From Candidatus Eiseniibacteriota bacterium (GTDB taxonomy: Bacteria; Eisenbacteria; RBG-16-71-46), in contig JBBRLX010000037.1 in assembly GCA_038231135.1 (NCBI GenBank), forward strand, positions 1 to 39,103: a DNA stretch of 39,103 nt. The letters run 5' to 3'. The notes beneath the pieces are model-generated. The model saw nothing but the letters and a program-made list of their open reading frames with translations, was not told the origin of the DNA and searched no databases. Positions 25,866 through 35,242 of this stretch are shown piece by piece. The position numbers and the translations under genes are program-made. How positions within the stretch are numbered: position 1 is the first letter of the stretch; every line of letters begins with the position of its first letter.

Positions 25866-27671
25866 ATGACCCGACCGATTCGACCTCAGGATTCCGCATC
25901 GAAGAAGCGACGCCCGCTGCGAGCCGAGTCCGTGAACGTCGGCTCCCGTCTCGAGCGCACGTTCGACTCCCGGCCGATTGCGCATACCCCCCACCTTCCC
26001 GGTGACGTGGCGCGGCAGGCGCAGCGCGAGATGGACCGCCTGCGACGGCTGCCCCAGGGCTCGCCCGAGGCCGGCCAGGTACGCGCCTATCTCCACTGGC
26101 TGTGGTCGCTGCCGTGGGAGCGCGCCGCCACCGAGGACGCCGATCTCAAGAGCGTACGCCGAGTGCTCGACCGTGAGCACATGGGGCTCGACAAGGCCAA
26201 GGAACGCATCATCGAGTACCTGGCGGTCCGGATCCTCAAGCCCGACCTGCCGGGTCCGGCATTGTGTCTCGTCGGCCCTCCCGGCACCGGCAAGTCTTCG
26301 CTCGGCGCCGCCGTCGCGCGCGCGCTGCGGCGTCCGTTCGTGCGCCTGACCGTGTCGGGCACCACCGACGCCAGCGAGCTGCGCGGCGACAGCCGGGCGC
26401 TGCCCGGCGCCCAGCCCGGCAAGATCGTGCGCGCGCTGCGCGACGCCGGCGTGAGCAATCCCGTGCTCGTCATCGACGGCATCGACCGGCTGGTGGGCGA
26501 AGGCGGCCTCGGCGTGCTCGAGTTGCTGCTCGAGCTGCTCGACCCCGACTCGAGCTCGCGGTTCACCGACCATTATCTCGGCCTGCCGATCGACCTGTCC
26601 CACGTCGTGCTGATGCTGTGCGCCAACGACATCGACATGGTGCCGGACGCGCTGCGCGAGCGGCTCGACGTGATCGAGGTGCCCGGCTACAGCGAAGAGG
26701 AAAAGCTCGAGATCTCGCGGCGGTTCCTGGTGCCGCGCCAGCTCGTCGACCACGGACTGTCGGCCCGCGACGTCGTGGTTCCGGACGAGGCGGTGCGGAC
26801 GATGATCCGCCACTACACGCTCGAGGCCGGCGTGCGCGGCCTGCAGCGCCAGATCGCCACCGTGTGCCGCAAGGTGGCGCACGCGCGCGCGACCGGCGAC
26901 CGGCACCGCCACACGCTGGAACCCGAGGAACTCGAGCGCTACCTCGGTCACCAGCAGTACTCCCACGAGCCGCTCGGCAAGACCGACGAAGTCGGCGTCG
27001 CGCTGGGGCTGGCGTGGACCGCCGCGGGCGGCGAGATCCTCGTGGTCGAGGCGCTCAAGATGCCCGGCAGCGGACGCGTCGTGACCACCGGCCAGCTCGG
27101 CGAGGTCATGAAGGAGTCGATCCAGGCCGCGCATTCGTACGTGCGCTCACGCGCCGATGCGCTCGAGATCGATGCCGACGCGTTCGCGAACTACGACATC
27201 CACATTCATTTCCCGGCGGGCGGGGTGCCCAAGGACGGTCCGTCCGCGGGCGTCACCATCGGCCTGGTGATCGCGTCGGTGCTGAGCGACCGGCCGATCC
27301 GCCACGACGTGGCGATGACGGGTGAGGTGAGCCTGCGCGGCAAGGTGCTGATCGTCGGCGGACTGCGCGAGAAGGCGCTCGCCGCCTATCGCGCCGGCAT
27401 CAAGACCATGATGTACCCGGCCGCGAACGAGAAGGACCTGGTCGAGATTCCCGAGGACGTGCGCCGCGGCCTCGAGTTGATCCCGGTCGAGAGCATCGAC
27501 CAGGTGTTCGGCGTCGCGCTCCATCGCGTGATCGTCCCGCCGCGCATCGGCGGCAACTTCATCATCGAGGTCGAGGACGACGACGACGCGGAACCGGCGG
27601 CATCCGAACCGTCGGACACGCGGCCGCAACTCGCCTCGCCCCTCGTGCGCCGGACCCGCCGCCGGTCTTAG
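25866..27671 (+). CDS. lon: Lon (S16) protease homolog lacking the N-terminal domain, with degenerate ATPase motifs
   Basis: Walker A GPPGTGKSS, Walker B region VLVIDGID, YTLEAGVR, GLAWT, TGQLGEVMKES, PKDGPSAG (Ser) and GGLREK (Lys). Confidence 0.88.
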   Translation: MTRPIRPQDSASKKRRPLRAESVNVGSRLERTFDSRPIAHTPHLPGDVARQAQREMDRLRRLPQGSPEAGQVRAYLHWLWSLPWERAATEDADLKSVRRVLDREHMGLDKAKERIIEYLAVRILKPDLPGPALCLVGPPGTGKSSLGAAVARALRRPFVRLTVSGTTDASELRGDSRALPGAQPGKIVRALRDAGVSNPVLVIDGIDRLVGEGGLGVLELLLELLDPDSSSRFTDHYLGLPIDLSHVVLMLCANDIDMVPDALRERLDVIEVPGYSEEEKLEISRRFLVPRQLVDHGLSARDVVVPDEAVRTMIRHYTLEAGVRGLQRQIATVCRKVAHARATGDRHRHTLEPEELERYLGHQQYSHEPLGKTDEVGVALGLAWTAAGGEILVVEALKMPGSGRVVTTGQLGEVMKESIQAAHSYVRSRADALEIDADAFANYDIHIHFPAGGVPKDGPSAGVTIGLVIASVLSDRPIRHDVAMTGEVSLRGKVLIVGGLREKALAAYRAGIKTMMYPAANEKDLVEIPEDVRRGLELIPVESIDQVFGVALHRVIVPPRIGGNFIIEVEDDDDAEPAASEPSDTRPQLASPLVRRTRRRS

Positions 27672-27779
27672 TGGGAAGTGGAACCCGACCCTGGGTTCCA
27701 TCGGAGGGCCCCAGGGCCGCGCAGACGGCGAATCCGCTCCACCTTGGCGTTCCACGCCAATGGATGGATGCTCCGCGCC

Positions 27780-28595
27780 ATGAGACTCGCGTTCGCGATC
27801 CCGGGGCCGGCGAGCTTCCGCGCGGAGTACGAACGTGAGGCCGGGCGCGGTCTCGGCCGCGTCACGGCCCCGCAGGCGCTCACCGAGGACGATCTCCGGT
27901 CCCTGCCGCCCGCGGTGCAGCGGTACATCCGCCTCAGCGGCGCCGTGGGACAGCCGCGGGTGCAGAACTTCCAGGCGCAGTTTCACGGCCGGATCCGCAG
28001 CGGACCCAATGCACGATGGATGTCGTTCACCGGCGAACAGACCAACACCTACGATCCGCCCTCTCGCCTGTTCCTCATGGACGCCTCGATGTTCGGCATC
28101 CCGATCCAGGCATTCCACCGATTCATCGGGCCGTCGGCGACGATGCGGGTGAGAGCCGCCGCGGTCGTGACGCTGGTCGACGCGAAGGGTCCGGAGATGG
28201 ACGAGGGCGAGACCGTGACGCTATTCAACGACCTGTGCGTGTTCGCGCCGGGGGCGCTGATCGATCGCAGCATCCAGTGGCAGGAGATCGACCCGCACAC
28301 GGTCCGCGCGGCGTTCACGAATGCGCGCCATACCATCGGTGCGGTCCTGTCGTTCAATGACCGCGGGGAACTGACGAACTTCGTCGCGGACGGGCGCGGG
28401 GCGGCATCGGCCGACGGCAAGTCGTTCATCAGGATGCGCTGGTCGACGCCGTTGGGCGACTATCGCGAGTTCGGGTCACACCGGCTGATGTCGCGGGGCG
28501 AAGGCATCTGGCACGCGCCGGCGGGCGATTACTCCTACCTGGGTTTCGACCTCGACGGGATCGAGTACAACGTCCCGGCGCCGAGCCGTCCGTAG
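27780..28595 (+). CDS. DUF6544-like hypothetical protein
   Basis: LTEDDLRSLPPAVQRY, WMSFTGEQ, GETVTLFND and WSTP motifs. Start uncertain (27678, 27768 or 27780). Confidence 0.7.
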   Translation: MRLAFAIPGPASFRAEYEREAGRGLGRVTAPQALTEDDLRSLPPAVQRYIRLSGAVGQPRVQNFQAQFHGRIRSGPNARWMSFTGEQTNTYDPPSRLFLMDASMFGIPIQAFHRFIGPSATMRVRAAAVVTLVDAKGPEMDEGETVTLFNDLCVFAPGALIDRSIQWQEIDPHTVRAAFTNARHTIGAVLSFNDRGELTNFVADGRGAASADGKSFIRMRWSTPLGDYREFGSHRLMSRGEGIWHAPAGDYSYLGFDLDGIEYNVPAPSRP

Positions 28596-28602
28596 CGACT
28601 CT

Positions 28603-28980
28603 CTACGGCTCCATGCCCTCGACGTCCTCGTCACGCACCTGGCCGCCGCGTTCGAGTGCGGCGAGGTATTCGGCGATGAGCGCCCGCGCCTCCTCCGCCT
28701 CCGAGCCGGGCACGAGGATCTCCCCCCACGCGCTCGTGGACCAGTCGCGCCGCACGCTGCCGTAGCCGGGCAGCGTGGCGCTGCGCAGCACGGCGTGGAT
28801 GCCGTGGTGCTCCAGCATGCCGCACAGCAGCGCCCCCGCGGCGGCGTCGGGGACCCGGTGGGCCACTTCGGGGGTGCCGGGTGACCGCCTCGGCGGCTCG
28901 GTCACGAGAATCACGCGGCAGCGCGGGCACGCCGCGATCGCGTCTTCATAGGCCGCGGCGCATTCCGGGCAGTATTTCAT
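28603..28980 (-). CDS. Zinc-ribbon plus DUF2007-like protein
   Basis: MKYCPEC..CPRC ribbon, LEHHGIHA and ILVPGSEAEEARALI segments. Confidence 0.75.
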   Translation of the reverse strand: MKYCPECAAAYEDAIAACPRCRVILVTEPPRRSPGTPEVAHRVPDAAAGALLCGMLEHHGIHAVLRSATLPGYGSVRRDWSTSAWGEILVPGSEAEEARALIAEYLAALERGGQVRDEDVEGMEP

Positions 28981-28984
28981 GCGC

Positions 28985-30187
28985 TCAGCGCAGCGCCGCG
29001 GCGGGCACGCGTTCCCGGATGCGGCGCGCGGCTTCCACGATGTCCTCGCGGCGCGACGCGAGCGACAGCCGCACGCGGTTGCCGTATTCGTCGCCGAACG
29101 CCGTCCCCGGCAGCACCGCAACGCCCATCTCGAGCCACTCGTTGACGAGTGTCCAGATGTCGCCGCCGTTGAGCGCGGCGGTCACGTCGGGGAATGCGTA
29201 GAACGCGCCCTGCGGCGTGGGCACCCGCACGCCGCTCGCGGCCAGGCCGTCGAGCAGCAGGTCGCGCCGGTCCTGGTACGAACGCCGCATCGTCTCGACG
29301 GCGTCCTGCGGCCCGGTGATCGCGGCGCGCGCCGCGGTCTGCACGGCGGGGAACACGCCGTTCGTGGTGTAGAACGTCAGGATCGGCCCCATCACGCCAC
29401 GCATCGCGGGCGGCGACACGACGTAGCCGACGCGCCAGCCGGTCATCGCGTAGGTCTTGGAATACGTGTAGGCGGTCACGGTGCGCGCGGCCATCCCCGG
29501 CAGCGCCGCCACGCTCACGTGCTTCACGTCGTCGAACAGGATGTGCTCGTACGCCTCGTCACTCACCACCCACAGGTCGTGCTCGATCGCCACGGCGGCG
29601 AGCGCTTCGAGGTGGGCGCGGCCGAGCACGGCGCCCGTCGGATTGTTCGGCGAGTTCACGTAGATGCCGCGCGTGGCGGGCCGCAGCGCCGCGCGCAACT
29701 CGCGCGCGAAATCGTCCGGCGACCAGCGGCCCTCGAGAATCTCGAGGTAGGCGGGCATGGTGCGCATGGTGGCGCCGATGCAGTAGCCGGCGAGCTTGGG
29801 GATCGCCATCCAGTGCGGCGACAGCACCAGCATCTCGTCGCCGGCGCCGAGCAGCGCCTGGAACGCGCAGAACAACGCATGCGTGCCGCCGCAGGTCACC
29901 ACCACGTCGTCGGCCTCGCACGCGATGCCGTTCTCGCGCCCGAGCTTGCCGACCAGCGCCTGGCGCAGCGCGAGCGTGCCGCGCGCCTCCGGGTAGTGCG
30001 TCTCGCCCGCGCGCGCGGCCGCCGCCAGCGCCTCGACGATGTGCGGCGGCGTGTCGAAGTCGGGCTCGCCGCGTTCGAGGTGCAGCACCGGCTCGCCCGC
30101 CGCTTCGCGCGCCCGGGCCGCGGCCATGACCTTGCCCAGCTCCGAAGGCATGCCGAGCACGGGACGATCCGAAACGAGACGCGGCAT
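28985..30187 (-). CDS. Class I/II PLP-dependent aminotransferase (AspC-like)
   Basis: GEPDFDTP, NSPNNPTG, SDEAY, YSKTYAMTGWRVG and GAFY motifs. GGAGG RBS before ATG 30187. Confidence 0.92.
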   Translation of the reverse strand: MPRLVSDRPVLGMPSELGKVMAAARAREAAGEPVLHLERGEPDFDTPPHIVEALAAAARAGETHYPEARGTLALRQALVGKLGRENGIACEADDVVVTCGGTHALFCAFQALLGAGDEMLVLSPHWMAIPKLAGYCIGATMRTMPAYLEILEGRWSPDDFARELRAALRPATRGIYVNSPNNPTGAVLGRAHLEALAAVAIEHDLWVVSDEAYEHILFDDVKHVSVAALPGMAARTVTAYTYSKTYAMTGWRVGYVVSPPAMRGVMGPILTFYTTNGVFPAVQTAARAAITGPQDAVETMRRSYQDRRDLLLDGLAASGVRVPTPQGAFYAFPDVTAALNGGDIWTLVNEWLEMGVAVLPGTAFGDEYGNRVRLSLASRREDIVEAARRIRERVPAAALR

Positions 30188-30289
30188 GAATAACCTCCGG
30201 AAGAGTTGCATGGCCACGGTGGCGCCGCCGGACTCTGGCCCGGTGGCATGGCACGGTGGGTGATTTCGCGCTTCCCGAGTCTAGCCGGG

Positions 30290-30304
30290 CGGCATGCCGG
30301 TTGC
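30290..30304 (+). promoter_or_regulatory. Putative sigma54 promoter
   Basis: CGGCATGCCGGTTGC has GG-N10-GC spacing with TTGC, 50 nt upstream of GTG 30355. Confidence 0.55.
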
Positions 30305-30354
30305 CTAACCGATGCGGCGCTGTTCCACCGAAGCTCCGAAGAAGGAGTACCCCC

Positions 30355-31779
30355 GTGTCCAAATTCGATCTGCGTGACGTTTCCGAGCGGCTGGCCCGTT
30401 CGAAGGACACCGAGGCCGTGGTGTTCGAGTTCCTCGGCTATCTGCAGGGAATGCGCTCCGATTGGCACGCGGCGCTGGCGTTCTACGAGGTGTCGAGCGA
30501 CACGCTGGTGAACGTGTACGAGCGCCAGGGGACTCGGCTGCTGCAGCGCGACCTGCGGCTGCCGGTGGATCAGCTGCCCGCCCGGCTCGTGCGAAAATTC
30601 TTTCATCCCAGTGCATTTTTCAGTTCGGCCGACCGGCGTTCGATCCTGGCACAGTTGCTACATGCCTCCCCGGCCTACGAGCCCGATCCGGTCGAGGCTC
30701 CCCTGCTGCGGTCGCTGATCCCCGCCGCGAACTGGAATTCGTGCATCTGCCTGGCACTCGCGGACCAGGAGGACGTGCTCGCGCTGCTGGTGCTCGCGAG
30801 CGAGAAGAAGGGCGCGTTCGGCAGCCGCGCGGTCGGCGAGATCATCCCGGTCAAGAGCATCGCGGCGCTGGCGATCGCGCAGCACCTGCATCACGCGCAT
30901 CGCGACGGCACGGCGCCGGCCGACGATCGCAACGCGCGCGTGGCGGCGGCGGAATTCCAGGATCGCATCCGCCGGCTCACGGCGCAGACCGAGGAGCTGG
31001 AGCAGGACAATTCCCGCAAGACCGAGAAGCTCCAGACGCTGGGGCGCGAGCTGGCGCAGCTCGATCGCAATTCGTCCGACTACCGGTCGGAGCTCGAGCG
31101 CGTGAAGGTGGCGCTGGCGGCGCTGGAGGAGCAGACGGGCGCCGCCACGGTGCACCTGAACGAGGCGTACACCCAGCTCACCGACACCAACGCGCGCGTC
31201 GAGCACCTCGAGCGCACGCACGCGTTCCTGCGCGAGGTGTTCCAGGTGCTGGCGGAGGAGCACGACCCCGAGGCGTTCGCGACCACCATGGTGCAGTGGT
31301 TCTGCGAGCGGTTCGAGTTGGGGCGCTGCAGCCTGATGATGCTCGACGGCGGCCGCGACACGCTGCGGATCGCGGCGCAGCACGGGATCGATCCCGGCGT
31401 TGCGGAGCAGATCCGCGTGCGCGTCGGGCAGGGCGTCGCGGGCTGGGTCGCGTATCACCGCCGGCCGCTGTTCGTGCGCGTCAAGGACGAGCAGGCCCCG
31501 CACACCGGCAGGGACGTCTACAACTCGGATTCGTTCATCTCGGTGCCGCTGACGTTCAACAACCGCCTCTACGGCGTGCTCAACCTGAGCAACAAGCGCG
31601 ACGGCGAGCCGTTCGAGGATGCCGATCTCGAGCGCGCCACCATGGCGGGCGCACTGATCGCGATGGCGCTCGGCGCGCGGGAAGCGCACAGCGCATCGGT
31701 GGAGGAGATCGCGGAGCACATCCGCATGGCGTCGAGCCGCGACATCGCGGAGCGCGTGGAGCGCGCGGTCAACGACTGA
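30355..31779 (+). CDS. GAF-like / coiled-coil / GAF protein with no output domain
   Basis: C-terminal GAF (CSLMML, GQGVAGWVA, SFISVPL, GVLNLSNK..F..D), a long heptad-rich middle region and an N-terminal GAF-like region. AAGGAG RBS. Confidence 0.8.
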   Translation: MSKFDLRDVSERLARSKDTEAVVFEFLGYLQGMRSDWHAALAFYEVSSDTLVNVYERQGTRLLQRDLRLPVDQLPARLVRKFFHPSAFFSSADRRSILAQLLHASPAYEPDPVEAPLLRSLIPAANWNSCICLALADQEDVLALLVLASEKKGAFGSRAVGEIIPVKSIAALAIAQHLHHAHRDGTAPADDRNARVAAAEFQDRIRRLTAQTEELEQDNSRKTEKLQTLGRELAQLDRNSSDYRSELERVKVALAALEEQTGAATVHLNEAYTQLTDTNARVEHLERTHAFLREVFQVLAEEHDPEAFATTMVQWFCERFELGRCSLMMLDGGRDTLRIAAQHGIDPGVAEQIRVRVGQGVAGWVAYHRRPLFVRVKDEQAPHTGRDVYNSDSFISVPLTFNNRLYGVLNLSNKRDGEPFEDADLERATMAGALIAMALGAREAHSASVEEIAEHIRMASSRDIAERVERAVND

Positions 31780-31824
31780 CGGACGCCGGGCGCGGGCCCC
31801 GCGCGCTGTGCGGCCGGTGAAGCC

Positions 31825-32370
31825 TCAGCGCACGTCGGCACGCTCGCCGTGCTCGCGCTCGGCACGGTAGCGCGTGATCGCGCGGCCGTGCGATTCGAAC
31901 GCGATGGGTTGTGGCAGCGCATCGAGCGGAAAGAACCCCGCCTCGATCGCGTCGTCGCCGGGGACGAGTGTGCCGCCGTCGAGCTCCGCCACGTACACGA
32001 TGAGGATCGCGCGCGTGCGCGGATCGTCGGTGCCGGCGTAGACGTCGAACAGCCGCAACCGCCGGCCGCGGATGCCGGTCTCCTCGAACAACTCCCGCAC
32101 CGCGCACACCTCGGGCGTCTCCCCGAACTCCATGAAGCCCGCGGGCAGGCACCACGCGCCCGCGCGGGGATCGAATCGCCGGCGCACCATCAGCAGCCCG
32201 TCCGGGCCCTCCAGCAGCACGCCGGCGGCCGGGACCGGGTTGCGGTATGCGATGAACCCGCACGCCGGGCAGGTCGGCCGCGGGACGCCATGCTCGTCCT
32301 GCAGGATGAGGCGGGTGGCGCAGTAGGGGCAGAAGCGGAACACACCGGTGGGCATCGGCGTCGTGGGCAT
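31825..32370 (-). CDS. NUDIX hydrolase with N-terminal zinc ribbon
   Basis: FCPYC..CPACG..YRNP and Nudix box GFMEFGETPEVCAVRELFEETG. Confidence 0.92.
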   Translation of the reverse strand: MPTTPMPTGVFRFCPYCATRLILQDEHGVPRPTCPACGFIAYRNPVPAAGVLLEGPDGLLMVRRRFDPRAGAWCLPAGFMEFGETPEVCAVRELFEETGIRGRRLRLFDVYAGTDDPRTRAILIVYVAELDGGTLVPGDDAIEAGFFPLDALPQPIAFESHGRAITRYRAEREHGERADVR

Positions 32371-32406
32371 GGATCGAGCAGGCTACGCGTGCCGGTTCCG
32401 GATCCC

Positions 32407-32438
32407 AAACGAAAACCCGGCGTCGTCCTGACGCCGGG
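32407..32438 (-). terminator. Rho-independent terminator (minus strand)
   Basis: 9-bp stem CCCGGCGTC / GACGCCGGG followed on the minus strand by TTTTCGTTT. Confidence 0.75.
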
Positions 32439-32474
32439 CCTCGCTCGTTGCTCTATCCCCCCCCGAGTCTTTCA

Positions 32475-32572
32475 TCGGGAGGGAGCGCCGCGCTGCACCT
32501 TCCCACCCTTTCGTACATCGCCCCTGCTGGCACCTGACGGTGCAGGCGGGTTGGATCGGCGCTCCCTCTCGA
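32475..32572. other. Long intergenic stem-loop, candidate structured RNA
   Basis: 16-bp arms TCGGGAGGGAGCGCCG / CGGCGCTCCCTCTCGA (one G-U on the + strand) with an inner CTGCACC / GGTGCAG helix. Confidence 0.45.
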
Positions 32573-32585
32573 CCTCGAGGTCCTG

Positions 32586-33698
32586 CTAGCGGTTGCTATC
32601 GCGCTTCATGTCGTTCAGCTCGCGACGCAGTTGTCGGAGTTCCTGGCGCAGTTGTGCGATTTCCTTGCGGAGCTCATCGCGCTCCTGCAGGGATCCCGGC
32701 GCGCCCGGTGCTGCCGGCGCGCCCAGATCGTGGCGCATCAGGTTGTCGCCGTGGAAATCGAACATCTGCGGTCCGCCCATCGGGCCGCCGTTCGTCGCGG
32801 GCTCGAGCTGCACGGTCACGGTACGGCGGTCGCCACCGCGAACCAGATCGATCTTCACGCTTCCCGACTTACCCCGCAGCGCTTCGATCAGGTCCGAAGC
32901 ATTCGACACTTTCTGATCGTCGACGCTGGTGATGACGTCGCCGTCGCGAATGCCGCCACGGCGGGCGGGGGTATCGTCGAGCACCTGGGTCACGAGGGCG
33001 CCCTGGTCGACCCCGTAGTCGCCGCGCGAGCCCGAATCGAGGTCCTGGATCTGGACGCCGAGCCGGCCACGACCGGGAAGCCCGAACATCTTCATCTTCA
33101 TCATGCCGTCACCGTTGTGCATCATGCGGTGAATCTCGACACGATTGGGCACCGACGGCGCCTCGGGAGCTTCCGGCGCGTCGGGCGGCGCCGGCACGTC
33201 CTGGTCGTCGTCCACGTTGCCCGGTTCTCCGGGACCGTCGTTGTCCTTGTCGAAGTGCTTGAGGACCTTCGTGCCGGGCGAGGTCTCGTCGGCGTCGTCC
33301 CGCGACGCCAGCGTGGCGCTCAGCGTCTGGCGCTCGCCGTTTCGCACGATCCGCACCGACACGTCGTCGCCGGCATGACGCCCGCCGATGACTTCCGCCA
33401 GCTGATCGGGCGAGTCGACCTGATGGCCGTTCACGCTCACGATGACGTCGCCCTTCTCGAGTCCCGCCTTCTCGGCCGGGCTGCCCGCCACCACGCGGTT
33501 CACGAGCACGCCGGCGCCCTTGTAGTCGAGGCCGTCACGCAACTCGGTCGTGAGCGTCTGCGAGTAGATGCCGAGCCAGCCGTTGCTGTTGCCGCCGTCT
33601 TCGTCGCTGCCACGGGCCTGCGCAACGACGGTGCCCCCGAGGAGCATCAACATGGAAAGTCCCAGACCCGCCCATCCGAGTGCTGCGCGCTGTCGCAT
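32586..33698 (-). CDS. Secreted protein with two PDZ domains and a C-terminal coiled coil (HtrA-like PDZ, no protease domain)
   Basis: Signal peptide. PDZ1 GWLGI..GSPAEKAGLEKGDVI, PDZ2 GRLGVQI..TPARRGGIRDGDVI, tail LRKEIAQLRQELRQL. Confidence 0.85.
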   Translation of the reverse strand: MRQRAALGWAGLGLSMLMLLGGTVVAQARGSDEDGGNSNGWLGIYSQTLTTELRDGLDYKGAGVLVNRVVAGSPAEKAGLEKGDVIVSVNGHQVDSPDQLAEVIGGRHAGDDVSVRIVRNGERQTLSATLASRDDADETSPGTKVLKHFDKDNDGPGEPGNVDDDQDVPAPPDAPEAPEAPSVPNRVEIHRMMHNGDGMMKMKMFGLPGRGRLGVQIQDLDSGSRGDYGVDQGALVTQVLDDTPARRGGIRDGDVITSVDDQKVSNASDLIEALRGKSGSVKIDLVRGGDRRTVTVQLEPATNGGPMGGPQMFDFHGDNLMRHDLGAPAAPGAPGSLQERDELRKEIAQLRQELRQLRRELNDMKRDSNR

Positions 33699-33819
33699 TG
33701 GAGCAATCCCCCGTGCTAACTTTTTCCCCGATCGATTCACCGGCTGTGTGTCCACTTGAAACCTCGCAGCACCCCCACCGGTTCCCGGAAGTTTTCCGTA
33801 CCTACAGTGTGATAGGTCT

Positions 33820-35208
33820 ATGGCCTCAATGAAGGTTAATGACGTGTTAAACCTGCAAATAGATGACCTGGCGCTGGGCGGCGCGGGCCTCGGTCGCCAT
33901 GACGGGCGGGTGGTATTCGTCGATCGCGGACTGCCGGGCGACCATTTGGATGCCCGAGTAACCCGGGTCAAACGGGGGTACGCCGAGGCAATCGCCACCC
34001 GCCTCGAGACGCCCTCGCCCCTGCGGGTCGTCCCACCCTGCTCCCACGTGGCCGTCTGTGGCGGCTGCCGGTTCCAGGAACTGGCCTACGACGCCCAGTG
34101 CGAGGCCAAGACCCGGCAGGTCCGGGACACGCTGGTGCACCTGGGGGCCATCCCCGATCCCAACGTCGCCCCGATCACCCCGTCGCCGGCCGTATTCGGC
34201 TACCGCAACAAGATGGAGTTTTCGTTCCACCCCGATGCCGCGGGCCGCCCGCTGCTCGGGCTCCATCACCGCAAGGCGTTCGACCGCGTGTTCGAGCTCG
34301 ACTATTGCCACCTGTGCTCGCCGCTCACGAATGCCGTGGTCGACGTCACCCAGCGGTTCGCCGCCGAGCACGGCTGGCAGGCGTACCACCCGCGGCTGCA
34401 CACCGGCGTCGTCCGGTTCCTGACCGTCCGCCACCTGCCGCACACCGATTCTTGCGCCGCGCACCTCGTGGCGACGTCGTCCGACGTGCCCGCGGTCGAG
34501 CGCTGGGCCCAGGCGGTCGCGGCGCTGTCGCCGGCGGTGCGCACCGTCACGCTCCATCGCAACGATGCGCGCGCGAACGTCGCGTTCGGCGACGCGGAGA
34601 CCGTGCTCATCGGCAGCGGCACCGTCGTGGAGCGGCTGGCGGGGCTCGAGTTCGAGGCCGGTCTCAACGTGTTCCTGCAGACGAACAGCGCCCAGGCGGA
34701 GGCGCTGTACGCCGCTGCGATCGAGGCCGCCCGGCTCGACGGCAGCGAGACCGTGCTCGATCTCTACTGCGGAACGGGCACGCTCACGCTGCTGCTCGCG
34801 CGCCACGCCCGCCACGTGACGGGCGTGGAGAACGTGGCCGACTCGATCGCCGGGGCGCGCCGCAACGCCACCCGCAACAACATCTCGAACGTCACGTTCG
34901 TCGAGGGCGACGCGCGCCGCGTACTTCGCGCCTGGGCGCGCGGCGAGCTGGCCGGCGCGCCCCGGCCCGAGGTGGTCGTCGTCGACCCGCCCCGAGCCGG
35001 GCTCCATCCGCGCGTCGTGGCGCGGGTCGCCGAACTCGAGCCGCAGCGCATCGTCTACGTGTCGTGCAACCCGGCCACGCTGGCGCGCGATCTGCGCGAT
35101 TTCGCGCAGTACGGCTGGCGGCTCGCCGAAGTCCGGCCCTTCGACATGTTCCCGCACACCGCTCATATCGAGTGCGTGGCGCGGCTCGAGCGGCTGGCAT
35201 CGACCTGA
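33820..35208 (+). CDS. rlmD: 23S rRNA (uracil1939-C5)-methyltransferase
   Basis: TRAM domain, CSHVAVCGGC Fe-S motif, YRNKMEF, DLYCGTG, DPPRAGL, YVSCNP and DMFPHT. Confidence 0.93.
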   Translation: MASMKVNDVLNLQIDDLALGGAGLGRHDGRVVFVDRGLPGDHLDARVTRVKRGYAEAIATRLETPSPLRVVPPCSHVAVCGGCRFQELAYDAQCEAKTRQVRDTLVHLGAIPDPNVAPITPSPAVFGYRNKMEFSFHPDAAGRPLLGLHHRKAFDRVFELDYCHLCSPLTNAVVDVTQRFAAEHGWQAYHPRLHTGVVRFLTVRHLPHTDSCAAHLVATSSDVPAVERWAQAVAALSPAVRTVTLHRNDARANVAFGDAETVLIGSGTVVERLAGLEFEAGLNVFLQTNSAQAEALYAAAIEAARLDGSETVLDLYCGTGTLTLLLARHARHVTGVENVADSIAGARRNATRNNISNVTFVEGDARRVLRAWARGELAGAPRPEVVVVDPPRAGLHPRVVARVAELEPQRIVYVSCNPATLARDLRDFAQYGWRLAEVRPFDMFPHTAHIECVARLERLAST

Positions 35209-35242
35209 CATGTGCGCGGCAGCCGATGGTAGGCTCGGTGTC

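Noticed and set aside
27679..27700. Hairpin TGGAACCC / GGGTTCCA after the lon stop as a terminator
   Set aside because: The 8-bp stem has no U-tract on either side.
32475..32572. SRP RNA or 6S RNA
   Set aside because: Minus-strand GTCAGGTGCCAGCAG only loosely resembles SRP domain IV and lacks the GGAA tetraloop motif. The hairpin is about half the length of 6S RNA.
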